From a bacterium (lineage in GTDB: Bacteria; Auribacterota; Tritonobacteria; UBA1439): a stretch of 64,000 bases of DNA. Position numbers and translations under genes: made by a program. Every line of letters begins with the position of its first letter. Position 1 is the stretch's first letter. Where the stretch lies: NCBI GenBank assembly GCA_028716845.1, contig JAQUPF010000001.1:119647-183646 (forward strand), read 5' to 3'. The notes beneath the pieces were generated by a model that saw only the letters and a list, made by a program, of their open reading frames with translations, made no database searches and had not been told where the DNA came from. Shown here piece after piece: positions 35,061 to 44,400 of the stretch.

Positions 35061-36530
35061 ATGCGCAGGCCCCTCGCCGCCTCCCTCGCCGCCTTCCTGC
35101 TTCTCGCCGCCTCCCGCGGTCTCGCCGGGGAGGCGCCGCGACTCGACGTCCACCGTCACCGCCTCCGGAACGGCCTCACCGTCCTCGTCCTCGAGCACCG
35201 CCTCGCGCCCGTCGTCTCCTGCTCCGTTTTTTACCGGGTCGGCTCGGCGAACGAGCGGCCCGGGAGGACGGGGATCACGCATCTCCTCGAGCACATGATG
35301 TTCAAGGGGACACGACGGATCGGCACGCGCGATTTCGCCGGCGAGGCGCCGCTCATCGAGAGGATCAACGAGCTCCACGAGCGGATCGGGGAGATCGAGC
35401 GGTCGGCGCGGCCCGGTGCCGGGCACGCCGCCGGGATGCTGCGGGAGGAACTCGCGGAGGCGGAGCGCCGCGCGGACTCCCTCATGGTCAAGAACGAGCT
35501 CTGGAAGATCCTCATGCGACGCGGCGCGGTCGACCTGAACGCCTTCACCGGGAAGGACCGCACCCAGTACCTGTGCAGCCTCCCCGCCAACCAGCTCGAG
35601 CTCTGGATGTGGCTCGAGGCCGACCGGATGGGGGACGCGGTCTTCAGGGAGTTCCACCGGGAGCGCGCGGTCGTCCTCGAGGAGCGCCGCCTCTCCATCG
35701 ACGACAGCCCCGCCGGCACCTTCGGCGAGCGCCTCTACGCGGCGGCGTTCATCGCCCACCCGTACCGGTGGCCGATCATCGGGTGGGCCTCGGACATCGA
35801 GCGGATCACCCTGCCGATGGTCGAGGAGCACTACCGCCGGTCCTACGCGCCGAACAACGCCGTCGTCGTCATCGTCGGCCGCGTCGTGCCGGCCGAGGTC
35901 GTCCGGCTCGCCGAACGTTACTTCGGGCGCATCCCGTCGCAGCCGCCCCTCCCTCCCGTCGTGACGAGGGAGCCGCCGCAGCGCGGGAAGCGGGAGGTCC
36001 GCCTCGCCCTCGAGGCCTCCCCCCGCGTCGCCCTCGCCTTCCACCGGCCGCCCTCTGCCGCCGACGACGCCGCCGCGCTCGACGTCCTCGAGACCGTCCT
36101 CTCGGCGGGGCGGACGTCGCGGCTCCACCGTGGCCTCGTGGAGGGGCGGCGGGTCGCCGTCTCGGCGGCCGTCACCTCCCCGACGGCGAAGTACCCGTCG
36201 CTCTTCATCGCCCACGCCGTCCCGCGCAGGCCGCACACCGTCGGTGACGTCGAGCGGGCGATCCGCGAGGAGATCGACCTCCTCGCGCGGGAGCCGGTCG
36301 GCGACTGGGAGCTGCAGAAGGCGAAGAACGTGATCGAGGCCGACTTCGTGCGGAGCCTCGAGTCCGTCGTGGAGCTCTGCGGCCTCGTCGGCACCTTCGA
36401 GGTCATCGACCGGTGGGAATACCTCAACGAGTACGTCCCGCGGATCCGGGCGGTCACCGCCGGCGACGTCGCGCGGGCGGCCCGGGACTACCTGCAGGAG
36501 GAGACGTGCACGACCGTCGTCATCCCCTGA
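35061..36530 (+). CDS. M16-family zinc peptidase (active subunit)
   Basis: Signal peptide. Inverted zinc motif [14 protein letters not shown]. Confidence 0.88.
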   Translation: MRRPLAASLAAFLLLAASRGLAGEAPRLDVHRHRLRNGLTVLVLEHRLAPVVSCSVFYRVGSANERPGRTGITHLLEHMMFKGTRRIGTRDFAGEAPLIERINELHERIGEIERSARPGAGHAAGMLREELAEAERRADSLMVKNELWKILMRRGAVDLNAFTGKDRTQYLCSLPANQLELWMWLEADRMGDAVFREFHRERAVVLEERRLSIDDSPAGTFGERLYAAAFIAHPYRWPIIGWASDIERITLPMVEEHYRRSYAPNNAVVVIVGRVVPAEVVRLAERYFGRIPSQPPLPPVVTREPPQRGKREVRLALEASPRVALAFHRPPSAADDAAALDVLETVLSAGRTSRLHRGLVEGRRVAVSAAVTSPTAKYPSLFIAHAVPRRPHTVGDVERAIREEIDLLAREPVGDWELQKAKNVIEADFVRSLESVVELCGLVGTFEVIDRWEYLNEYVPRIRAVTAGDVARAARDYLQEETCTTVVIP

Positions 36531-37948
36531 TCGGCGCGTTCGCCGTCCTGCTCCTCGCCGGCGCCTGCGCCGCCCCCCCCGCGGCGCGCCACCCGCTCGA
36601 CCTCGCCCTCCCGCCGCTCCGCCTCGAGCCGCCGCGGGTCGAGCGGCTGCTCCTCGACTGCGGCGCCCCCCTCTACATCCTCGAGGACCGGTCGCTCCCC
36701 CTCTTCGGCTTCTTCGGCCTCGCCCGTGCGGGGTCCGCCTGGGACCCGCAGGGGAAGGAGGGGCTCGCGGCGCTCGTCGCCGAGACGATCCGGACGGGCG
36801 GCGCGGGGCGGCTGGGGCCCGAGGAACTCGACCGCGAGCTGGAGTTCATCGCGGCGGCGGTCTCCACGACCGCCGACCAGGACGCCGTGAGCATCAGCCT
36901 CTCCTGCCTGTCGAGGGACGCGGAGCGGGCGCTCCCCCTCGTCTGCGACATGCTCGCGCGGCCCGCCTTCGACCCGGGGCGGGTGGAGCTCCGCAAGGAG
37001 CAGGTGCGGGAGATCATCCGGCGCCGGAACGACGAGCCCCGACAGATCGTCGGCCGCGAATTCAGGCGGCTCGTCTACGGCGGCGACCCGTACGCCCACC
37101 CGGTCGTCGGCGAGCCGGGCGCCATGGACCGGATCGGGCGCGGCGACATCGAGGCATTCCACGGCGACCGCCTCGCGCCCGCGGGGATGATCTTCGGCGC
37201 GGCGGGGGACTTCGACCGCGCGACGGTCGTCCGCATCCTGAACGGGGCGTTCGGGCCCGCCCCGCGGGCCGGGGAGGGGCTCCCGCCGCCGCCGGCGGCC
37301 GGGACGCGGAGGGTGACGCTCATCGAGCGGGAGACCGAGCAGGCCCACATCATCGTCGGCCACCTCGGCATCCGGCGCGACGACCCCGACTACTTCCGGG
37401 TCATGATCATGAACGAGATCCTCGGCGGGGGGAGCTTCTCCTCGCGCATCCTCGAGCGGGTCCGCGTGCGCGAGGGGCTCGCCTACCACGCCGCCACCGC
37501 CTTCACGACGAACCTCCGCGACGGCCTCTTCTACGCCGTCTGCCAGACGAAGCAGGAGACCGCCGCGCAGGCGCTCCGGATCATCCTGGAGGAGATCGAG
37601 CGGATCCGCTCGGAGCCGGTCACGCCCGACGAGCTCGCCGCCGCGAAGGAATCGTTCTCCAACAGCTTCGTCTTCCGGTTCGCGACGCCGCTCTCGTCGG
37701 TGGAGCAGGCGGCCTCGCTCGAGTTCTACGGACTGCCGGCCGACTATCTCGAGACGTACCTCGACCGCGTCGCCGGCGTGACCGCGGGGGACGTCCTCGC
37801 CGCCGCCCGCGCGCGCCTCCACCCGGACAGGGCTGCCATCCTCGTCCTCGGCGACCGGTCCCGGATCAGCCCCCCGCTGGAGGAGTTCGGCCCGGTCCGG
37901 CCGCTGTTCGTGCCGGGGCCGTCCGCGCCCGAGGAGGCGGATCGGTAA
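36506..37948 (+). CDS. M16-family peptidase-like protein (no HxxEH; probable non-catalytic partner)
   Basis: GTG at 36506 follows GGAGGAG. M16 C-domain-like sequence. It overlaps the upstream gene by 25 nt. Confidence 0.8.
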   Translation: MHDRRHPLIGAFAVLLLAGACAAPPAARHPLDLALPPLRLEPPRVERLLLDCGAPLYILEDRSLPLFGFFGLARAGSAWDPQGKEGLAALVAETIRTGGAGRLGPEELDRELEFIAAAVSTTADQDAVSISLSCLSRDAERALPLVCDMLARPAFDPGRVELRKEQVREIIRRRNDEPRQIVGREFRRLVYGGDPYAHPVVGEPGAMDRIGRGDIEAFHGDRLAPAGMIFGAAGDFDRATVVRILNGAFGPAPRAGEGLPPPPAAGTRRVTLIERETEQAHIIVGHLGIRRDDPDYFRVMIMNEILGGGSFSSRILERVRVREGLAYHAATAFTTNLRDGLFYAVCQTKQETAAQALRIILEEIERIRSEPVTPDELAAAKESFSNSFVFRFATPLSSVEQAASLEFYGLPADYLETYLDRVAGVTAGDVLAAARARLHPDRAAILVLGDRSRISPPLEEFGPVRPLFVPGPSAPEEADR

Positions 37949-39647
37949 GCGCCGCGCCGCACCGGACGCGGCCCTCCCCGCCTGCGGCGTCGACCGCCGC
38001 CCATCCCTCCCGGAGCGGCTCGAGCCACTCGAGGGCCGCGAGGAACCGGCGGGCGCCGAGCAGCGCGTCGCGGTCCCGCCCCTCCTCCATGAACGGGATG
38101 ACGAACGTGAGGATCCCGCCGAGCGCCGCGGCCGCGCCCGCGGCGTCGCTCCCCCGCAGGATCGCCTGCCCCGACGCCGGGGCGGCCCACGCCGCCCCCG
38201 GCGGCGGTCCTCGGCGCTCCCCGGCGAAGGGCGAGCCGTCCGTGGCGGCGATGAGCCGGTCGCCGCGGAGGCCGACGGTCACCGTGTAAATCTGGTCGAA
38301 GGGCCAGCCGAAGCCGACGCGGTACGACGCGTCGGCGCCCGCGCCCGAGGTCCTGATCCGCAGCGGCTCCCGCGTCCCGGCGAGGCGGTCGCCGCCGGCG
38401 TCTCGGACGACGACCCGCGCCCGGTCCGCGAGGGCCATGAACTTCGCGATCCTCGCGGCGGCGAGCCGCCGGTCCCGCACCGCCGCGGAGAGGGCGGCGC
38501 CGACCATGCCGCGCGCGTCGCGATAGACGACGAGCGAGAGGTCGTCTCCCAGCCACGGCAGGACGAAATGGTCCGCCCCGTAGGCGGCCGTCTCCGACCC
38601 GCCGATGAACTCCACGCGCGCGGCCCCTCCCCGCTCCCGGAGGCCGGCGACGGCGGCGCGCAGGTCGGCCGCGCCCCCCGCGTAGAGGACGCCGCCCGAC
38701 GCCATCAGGCCCGCGAGCGGGTCCCTCCCGGGATCGCGCGGCGGCCCCTCCGGCAGGCGCGCCCCCTCCGCGGGCCGCACGCGGAGCTCGGCGCCCGCGT
38801 GGCCGGCGAGCGTGAAGGTCCCGTCGACGGTCCCCGCGGCGGCGGCGGCGCGGCGCGCCCGCCGCCATATCCCCGCCGCCGCCTCGAACCGCTCCGGGTC
38901 CCCGGCCGCGAGCCGTTCGAGCAACAGGTCCCCGCCGCGAAGGACCTCCCCGACGCGGACGTGGAGCGACCCGGCCGCGCCCTCCGCGCCGGCTCCCGCG
39001 ACGGGGGGGAGGAGCGCCGCCGCCGTCTCCCCGCCCCCCGCGACGGCGCGGGCCGTCGCGAGCCAGAACGCCTCGTCGAAGCCGGCCGCGGCGATCCCGA
39101 GGTCGCCGACGAGGGCGTAGCTGTACCGGGGCTCGCCGGTCTTCCGGTCGAGGACCGCCGTGACGGCGAGGCCGCCGGCCCGCGACCGCCTGCTCCGCCG
39201 CCGGAAGGAGAGCGCGTCCCGCGCCCGGGCGGCGGCGTGCGCGAGGCGCACCCTGAAGCCGATCCTCCCCCACGCGGCCGGGAGCGCCGCCCGGTCGCCG
39301 CCGGCCGCGTAGATGGCGAGGACGCAGTCCTCGCCGAGGAGGTGCGGCGCGAGCGACAGGTCGAGGTTCTCCATTCTCCTTCGGAACTTCGGGTCCGACG
39401 CCGCCATCTCGTCGAGGGGGAAGATGCCGCAGGCGAGGACGCGCCGGGCGAATTCCGAGGAGACGCACCGGCGCCAGACGGGGCCGAGGCCCCGCACGCG
39501 GACGCAGGCGGCGAGGCCGTCCGAGGGGACGGCGGCGGGCAGGGAGGGGACGAGGCGTCTCGGCAGGGCGTAGAGGCAGAGGCCGGCGGCGGCGACGACC
39601 GCGAGCGCCGCGCCGGCCGCGAGCGCCCGCTTCGCGTTTGACTTCAT
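37866..39647 (-). CDS. Hypothetical membrane-anchored protein (593 aa)
   Basis: N-terminal TM ALAAGAALAVVAAAGLCLYAL. No family recognised. The 3' end overlaps the convergent M16 gene by 83 nt. Confidence 0.6.
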   Translation of the reverse strand: MKSNAKRALAAGAALAVVAAAGLCLYALPRRLVPSLPAAVPSDGLAACVRVRGLGPVWRRCVSSEFARRVLACGIFPLDEMAASDPKFRRRMENLDLSLAPHLLGEDCVLAIYAAGGDRAALPAAWGRIGFRVRLAHAAARARDALSFRRRSRRSRAGGLAVTAVLDRKTGEPRYSYALVGDLGIAAAGFDEAFWLATARAVAGGGETAAALLPPVAGAGAEGAAGSLHVRVGEVLRGGDLLLERLAAGDPERFEAAAGIWRRARRAAAAAGTVDGTFTLAGHAGAELRVRPAEGARLPEGPPRDPGRDPLAGLMASGGVLYAGGAADLRAAVAGLRERGGAARVEFIGGSETAAYGADHFVLPWLGDDLSLVVYRDARGMVGAALSAAVRDRRLAAARIAKFMALADRARVVVRDAGGDRLAGTREPLRIRTSGAGADASYRVGFGWPFDQIYTVTVGLRGDRLIAATDGSPFAGERRGPPPGAAWAAPASGQAILRGSDAAGAAAALGGILTFVIPFMEEGRDRDALLGARRFLAALEWLEPLREGWAAVDAAGGEGRVRCGAALTDPPPRARTAPARTAAGPGRTPPAGG

Positions 39648-39733
39648 GGCGGGCCCATGATACAGTGGGCCGCCGCAGGATGCAACCGCCGCGGGGCGCG
39701 GCCGGGCGGCGAGGCCGTCCCGAGGAGAATGCC

Positions 39734-40411
39734 ATGAAAAGGATTGTCGCGTCCCTCCAACTCGCCCTGTACGCCACCGTCTTCGGCTGCGGCGGCATGC
39801 TGCACCCCCCGCCGCCGCTCACCTTCCGCGAGCCGCTGGAGCGGCCGTTCGGCCACGTCCTCGCCGTGGGCAGGTTCGAGGACAAGAGCTTCGCCCGCTA
39901 CCCGCTCTTCATCAGCGGGAGGAACCTCCAGGACCTGTTCGTGGACGAGCTCGAGCGGAACCGGGCCTTCCGGGACGTCTTCGCGGTGACGATCGAGAAG
40001 AAGGACACGCCGGACGGGATCGACGAGAAGGCGCTCGCCGGGAAGGCAGACGTCATCCTCGAGGGCGAGCTCACCGAGTCGCTCTGCCGCTTCGTCGGCA
40101 GCAACGCCCTCGGCGTCCCGATGTACATCCTCATCGGGACGGTCCTCGGCTTCCCCCTCGGCTTCAACATCCGCGCCCAGACCTGGCAGGGGGCGGCGGA
40201 GATCGTCTACCGCATCCGGGAGATCAAGACGGGGAGGGTCCTCCTCGCCCGGCGGGTGCAGGCGGTCGCCTACAGGAACTTCAGCATCTGGGAGGAGCGC
40301 ACCGAGCGCCAGCTCAACAAGAACTTCGTCCGGCGGACGCTCACGCCGCTCGTCCTCCAGAACCTCAAGTCGGCGGTCGCCAGGGACATCTGCGACCACT
40401 TCCCGCGCTGA
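39734..40411 (+). CDS. Hypothetical lipoprotein (225 aa)
   Basis: Lipobox ATVFGCGG. ATG at 39734. Confidence 0.7.
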   Translation: MKRIVASLQLALYATVFGCGGMLHPPPPLTFREPLERPFGHVLAVGRFEDKSFARYPLFISGRNLQDLFVDELERNRAFRDVFAVTIEKKDTPDGIDEKALAGKADVILEGELTESLCRFVGSNALGVPMYILIGTVLGFPLGFNIRAQTWQGAAEIVYRIREIKTGRVLLARRVQAVAYRNFSIWEERTERQLNKNFVRRTLTPLVLQNLKSAVARDICDHFPR

Positions 40412-40420
40412 GCGCCGCCG

Positions 40421-40594
40421 TCAGGGCGCCGGCGGCGCCTGCGTGCCCGCGGCCGCGGGGTCGGCGGATGTATAGGCGTCGGCCCAGCTCTTCCCCACCT
40501 CCGACCAGTCCTTGCTCGCCTGGCCCAGGTCCACCGAAACGCATCCCGCGGCGAGCCCCGCCGCCGCGAGCATCGCCCACGCAACATATCTCAT
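40421..40594 (-). CDS. Small lipoprotein (57 aa)
   Basis: ATG at 40594 follows GGAGGAGGGACGAA. MRYVAWAMLAAAGLAAGC is a lipobox. Confidence 0.65.
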   Translation of the reverse strand: MRYVAWAMLAAAGLAAGCVSVDLGQASKDWSEVGKSWADAYTSADPAAAGTQAPPAP

Positions 40595-40839
40595 TTCGTC
40601 CCTCCTCCGCGCGACGGCCGGCGGCGCAGGTCGCGCACGAACCGGCCCGCCTCCCCGAACGCGTCCCTGATGTCCTCCACCCACTCCCCGAACAGATCGG
40701 CCCTGCCCGACCGCGACGCGACCAGGCGCATCGCCCCGAGCGTCGCGGCCGCACAGAGGGCGATGAAGACGGCGCAGAACGCCGCCCCCTTCAGGAGGCG
40801 CGCCGCCGTTCGCCCCGGGCGCCCTGCCGTCGCCCTCAC
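40591..40839 (-). CDS. Small membrane protein (82 aa)
   Basis: One TM, GAAFCAVFIALCAAATLGA. Stop/start overlaps occur on both sides. Confidence 0.55.
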   Translation of the reverse strand: MRATAGRPGRTAARLLKGAAFCAVFIALCAAATLGAMRLVASRSGRADLFGEWVEDIRDAFGEAGRFVRDLRRRPSRGGGTK

Positions 40840-40949
40840 TCCCGGTCCCTGAAGATGTACGACCAGACCGCCGCGGCGATGATCGAGACGGCGATCACGG
40901 CGAACACGGCGATGGCGAAGACCGTCCAGAAATCGGCGTCGAGCGTCAT
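40836..40949 (-). CDS. Micro membrane protein (37 aa)
   Basis: MTLDADFWTVFAIAVFAVIAVSIIAAAVWSYIFRDRE. ATGA overlap with the zinc-ribbon gene. Confidence 0.5.
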   Translation of the reverse strand: MTLDADFWTVFAIAVFAVIAVSIIAAAVWSYIFRDRE

Positions 40950-41254
40950 CGCGCCCCTCCCGCGCCGCCCTCCTTCGGTCCCCCGGCCCCGGCGAACGGG
41001 CACCCGCCCGGCGGCGGCCCCTGCGCGCCCGGCGGGGGGCCCGGCACGAAATGGACCGGGCCGAGCCGGCGCATCTCGCCGATGAGGTCGCCCATCGACT
41101 GCCGCCGCGCCGTCGAGAAGGTCGAGTAGGTCCTCTTCAGCCGCCGGCTGCGGCAGTGGGCGCACCGCCGCCGCCAGAACGCCCAGGAGTCCATCTTCTC
41201 CATGAGCGCGGTCACCCTCCCGCACCGCCGGCACTCGTATTCGTATATCGGCAT
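40946..41254 (-). CDS. FmdB-family zinc-ribbon protein
   Basis: MPIYEYECRRCG...CAHCRS is the FmdB-type CxxC...CxxC signature. Confidence 0.8.
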   Translation of the reverse strand: MPIYEYECRRCGRVTALMEKMDSWAFWRRRCAHCRSRRLKRTYSTFSTARRQSMGDLIGEMRRLGPVHFVPGPPPGAQGPPPGGCPFAGAGGPKEGGAGGAR

Positions 41255-41287
41255 CGTCCGGAACCCCGCGCGGGGACGCCCCCCCGC

Positions 41288-41491
41288 CTAGAAGCAGCCG
41301 AGCTGGCAGTCGGCGATCCTGATCCCCAGGCCGTTCGCGATCTCCCCGATCTTCGCGGGCGGCACGCCGAGCTCGCGCGCGATCCGGAGCGCCGCCGCGC
41401 AGGGGATGCGCCCCTCCCTGCTCTCCTCGCGCAATCTCTCACCGACGCTGTCCGCGGGCATGTGCTCTTCCATTGATTTCGCATTCATCAT
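41288..41491 (-). CDS. Small conserved-looking protein (67 aa) ending in CQLGCF
   Basis: RIPCAAALRIARELGVPPAKIGEIANGLGIRIADCQLGCF. The family name is not recalled. Confidence 0.5.
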   Translation of the reverse strand: MMNAKSMEEHMPADSVGERLREESREGRIPCAAALRIARELGVPPAKIGEIANGLGIRIADCQLGCF

Positions 41492-41551
41492 ACCACCCCG
41501 CCGGCGGGCCCGCAATCGCCCCCGCGGCATGGACGGCGCGCGAAGCGCCCT

Positions 41552-41696
41552 TCACCACGGATAGACACGGAGCACGACGGATAATCACGGATCCGGCTGA
41601 AGCCCGCGGCACATGCGCGCGGATGAACACAGAAACGCGAGAAACCCGCGAGAGGACAATCCGTGGATATCCGTCAGGAATCAGCGGATTTCCGTG
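41552..41696. repeat. Heptamer-array repeat (4 + 4 sites, 10-bp phase)
   Basis: CACGGAT-type sites end at 41562, 41572, 41582 and 41592. ATCCGTG-type sites start at 41659, 41669, 41680 and 41689. GGATCCGGCTGAAGCC resembles the other copies. Confidence 0.85.
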
Positions 41697-41705
41697 GCGG
41701 GGAGT

Positions 41706-42650
41706 TCATTGCCCCGCCGCGCCGCACGGCCGCCGTGATCGGCGCACGGACGGGCGGGCGAGGAGCGACCGGAGGACCCTGAGGTTCCGCGCGTCCTCCC
41801 GCATCTCCTTCCCCTTCGGCGTCTCGAGGACCATCGGCAGCCCCGCGAAGCGCGCGTCGTTCAGGAGCAGCCTGAACGCCCCAAGGCCGAGGTGCCCCTT
41901 CCCGATGTGCGCGTGCCGGTCGAGGCGCGAGCCGAGGCCCCCCCTGCAGTCGTTCAGGTGGAAGGCGAGGATGCGCCGCAGGCCGACGGTCCGGTCGAAC
42001 TCGTCCGTCACCCGCGCGTACCCCCGCTCGTCGCGGATGTCGTAGCCGGCGGCGAAGACGTGGCAGGTGTCGAGGCAGACGCCGAGGCGGTGCGGCAGCG
42101 ACGCCCCCGCCGCGATCTCCGCGAGATGCTCGAAGCGCCCGCCGACGCTGTTCCCCTGGCCGGCGGTCGTCTCGAGGAGCACCTTCGCCGTCCCGGGAAC
42201 GCCCTCCAGCGCCTCGTCCAGTCCCGCGACGATCCTCCCGATGCCCGCCCGGATGCCCGCGCCGCCGTGGGAGCCGGGGTGGAGGACGATGAACGGCAGG
42301 TTCAGCTCGGTGACGCGCCGCAGCTCCTCCGCGAGGGACCGCACGGACCTCCGCCGCACCGCCCTGTCCGACGAGGCGAGGTTGATAAGGTAGGAGGAGT
42401 GGGCGAACAGCGCGCGGATGCCGGATGCCGCACGGGCGGTCTCGAACCGGGCGCCCTCGCCGGGCGCGAGCGGGCGCATCTTCCAGCGGACGTTGCTCTT
42501 GACGAAGATCTGGACGGCGTCGCAGCCGACGCGAAGGCCGCGGACGATCGCCTGTTCCACGCCGCCGGCGATGGACATGTGCGCCCCGAGGAGGGGCGGC
42601 GCGGCGCGGCCCGGGACGTGCGCCCTACGGCGCCGGCTCGGGAGGGGCAT
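41706..42650 (-). CDS. nfo: Endonuclease IV
   Basis: LLGAHMSIAGG...FAHSSYLINLAS...VLHPGSH...LETTAGQG...CLDTCHVFAAGYD...HLND. First ATG at 42650. The track start is a TTG at 42656. Confidence 0.9.
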   Translation of the reverse strand: MPLPSRRRRAHVPGRAAPPLLGAHMSIAGGVEQAIVRGLRVGCDAVQIFVKSNVRWKMRPLAPGEGARFETARAASGIRALFAHSSYLINLASSDRAVRRRSVRSLAEELRRVTELNLPFIVLHPGSHGGAGIRAGIGRIVAGLDEALEGVPGTAKVLLETTAGQGNSVGGRFEHLAEIAAGASLPHRLGVCLDTCHVFAAGYDIRDERGYARVTDEFDRTVGLRRILAFHLNDCRGGLGSRLDRHAHIGKGHLGLGAFRLLLNDARFAGLPMVLETPKGKEMREDARNLRVLRSLLARPSVRRSRRPCGAAGQ

Positions 42651-43047
42651 TCCCAAGAAAGACGTCCCCCGGCCAGACGAACTCCGGCCGGAGGAGCGGG
42701 TCGTAGTTGCCGGGGAGCGGGTAGAAGAAGAGGACCGTCTCGATGGCGCCGCAGCCGGTCCTGAGGATCGTCATGGCGATTCCCTTGAGAGGGCCCCAGG
42801 TGGCGCCGAGCAGCCTGCCCCGCTCACGGGCGATCTCCGCCGGGCAGCGCAGCAGCTCGCCCCAGCCGGTCGCCAGGTTCACGATGCCGCGTCCGAACTT
42901 CCCGCTCGCGTCCCGGGCGAAGAGGTCGGCGGTCTGGACCTGGGGTTGCTGGACGACGGGCTGCTGGGCGCCGAGGATGCCGGGCGCGAGCGCCGCGCAG
43001 AGCGCCGCCGCGGCGAGGATTCGGACACGACTGCGACGATGGATCAT
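42625..43047 (-). CDS. Exosortase-system-associated small secreted protein (TIGR04073-like)
   Basis: Signal peptide, then KFGRGIVNLATGWGEL...GPLKGIAMTILRTGCGAIETVLFFYPLPGNYDPLLRPEF. Confidence 0.65.
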   Translation of the reverse strand: MIHRRSRVRILAAAALCAALAPGILGAQQPVVQQPQVQTADLFARDASGKFGRGIVNLATGWGELLRCPAEIARERGRLLGATWGPLKGIAMTILRTGCGAIETVLFFYPLPGNYDPLLRPEFVWPGDVFLGNAPPEPAP

Positions 43048-43139
43048 GGTTTCACCCCGCTGTCTGATCGACGTTCCCCCCGCGGGAACGGCCGGACCTG
43101 CCGCATGATAGCACGGACCGCGCCTTCCGCCAACCGCCC

Positions 43140-43934
43140 CTATATCGCCTCCATATCGACAACGAGCCGCCCGATCTCCTCCAGGCAGCGGTAGCTGGTC
43201 ATATCGTAGTGGAGGGGGGTGATGGAGATCGCCCCCTCCCGGAGCGCCGCGCTGTCGGTCCCGTCCCCCTCCTCGGTCTCCATGAGCTCGCCGCCGAGCC
43301 ACCAGTACGCCCTCCCCCGCGGGTCCACGCGCTTGTGGAATTCCTCCCTGAAGCGGGCCGCGCCCTGGCACGTCACGCGCACCCCCGTGATGTCGCCGGC
43401 GGGGACCGCGGGGACGTTGACGTTGAGGAGAATGCCCTCCGGGATGCCGCGTTCGAGGACCAGCCGGGCGAGCCGCGCGGCGAACGCCGCCGCGGGGCCG
43501 AACTCCCGCGACGTGAAGCTGTCGAGCGACACGGCAAGGGCGGGGACGCCGAGCATCGTCGCCTCGGTGGCGGCCGAGACGGTGCCGGAATAGATGACGT
43601 TCATTCCCGTGTTCGGTCCCTGGTTGATGCCGGAGATCACGAGGTCGGGCCGCTCGGGGAGGAGGGCGCTGATGGCGATCTTGACGCAGTCGGCCGGCGT
43701 CCCCGAGACCGCGAGGCCGAACAGCTCGCCGTCCGTCCGCACCTCGGTCGCCCGCAGCGGGTCGGCGGTCGTGATCGCGTGCCCCACCGCGCTCCGCTCC
43801 GTGTCCGGGGCGATGATGACGATCTCCCCGACCTCCCGGACCGCCGCGGCGAGCGCCCGCAGCCCCGGCGCGTGGATCCCGTCGTCGTTCGTGAGCAGTA
43901 TCTTCACGTTCCCGTCCATCCCATCCCCCGCCAT
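43140..43934 (-). CDS. surE: 5'/3'-nucleotidase SurE
   Basis: ILLTNDDGIHAPGL...SGINQGPNTG...YSGTVSAA. Confidence 0.92.
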   Translation of the reverse strand: MAGDGMDGNVKILLTNDDGIHAPGLRALAAAVREVGEIVIIAPDTERSAVGHAITTADPLRATEVRTDGELFGLAVSGTPADCVKIAISALLPERPDLVISGINQGPNTGMNVIYSGTVSAATEATMLGVPALAVSLDSFTSREFGPAAAFAARLARLVLERGIPEGILLNVNVPAVPAGDITGVRVTCQGAARFREEFHKRVDPRGRAYWWLGGELMETEEGDGTDSAALREGAISITPLHYDMTSYRCLEEIGRLVVDMEAI

Positions 43935-43935
43935 T

Positions 43936-44388
43936 CTACACGCGCCGGCCGGAACTATCCAGTATGAGCGTCACCGGCCCGTCGTTCTCCAGGCGGACGA
44001 GCATCCGCGCGCCGAACCGGCCCGTCCGCACGGCGACGCCGTGCGCCCGGAGCGCCGAGACGAACCGATCGTAGAGCGCCTCCCCCTTCCCGGGGGGGGC
44101 GGCCTCCGTGAAGCTCGGCCGGCGCCCCTTCCGGCAGTCGCCGTAGAGCGTGAACTGCGAGACGACGAGCGCCCCCCCGCCGGTCTCGCCGAGCGAGCGG
44201 TTCATCCTGCCCGCCTCGTCCTCGAAGACGCGGAGGCGGGCGATCTTCCCGGCAAGCCGGGCGGCGTCCTCCTCAGCGTCGTTCACCGACACGCCGAGGA
44301 GGACGAGGAATCCCCGGCCGATCTCGCCGACGATCTCCCCGTCGATCTCGACCGACGCCCTCGCCGCCCGCTGCACCACCGCCCGCAT
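43936..44388 (-). CDS. dtd: D-aminoacyl-tRNA deacylase
   Basis: MRAVVQRA...[16 protein letters not shown]...NDGPVT. Confidence 0.92.
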   Translation of the reverse strand: MRAVVQRAARASVEIDGEIVGEIGRGFLVLLGVSVNDAEEDAARLAGKIARLRVFEDEAGRMNRSLGETGGGALVVSQFTLYGDCRKGRRPSFTEAAPPGKGEALYDRFVSALRAHGVAVRTGRFGARMLVRLENDGPVTLILDSSGRRV

Positions 44389-44400
44389 CGCGCCCTCCCC

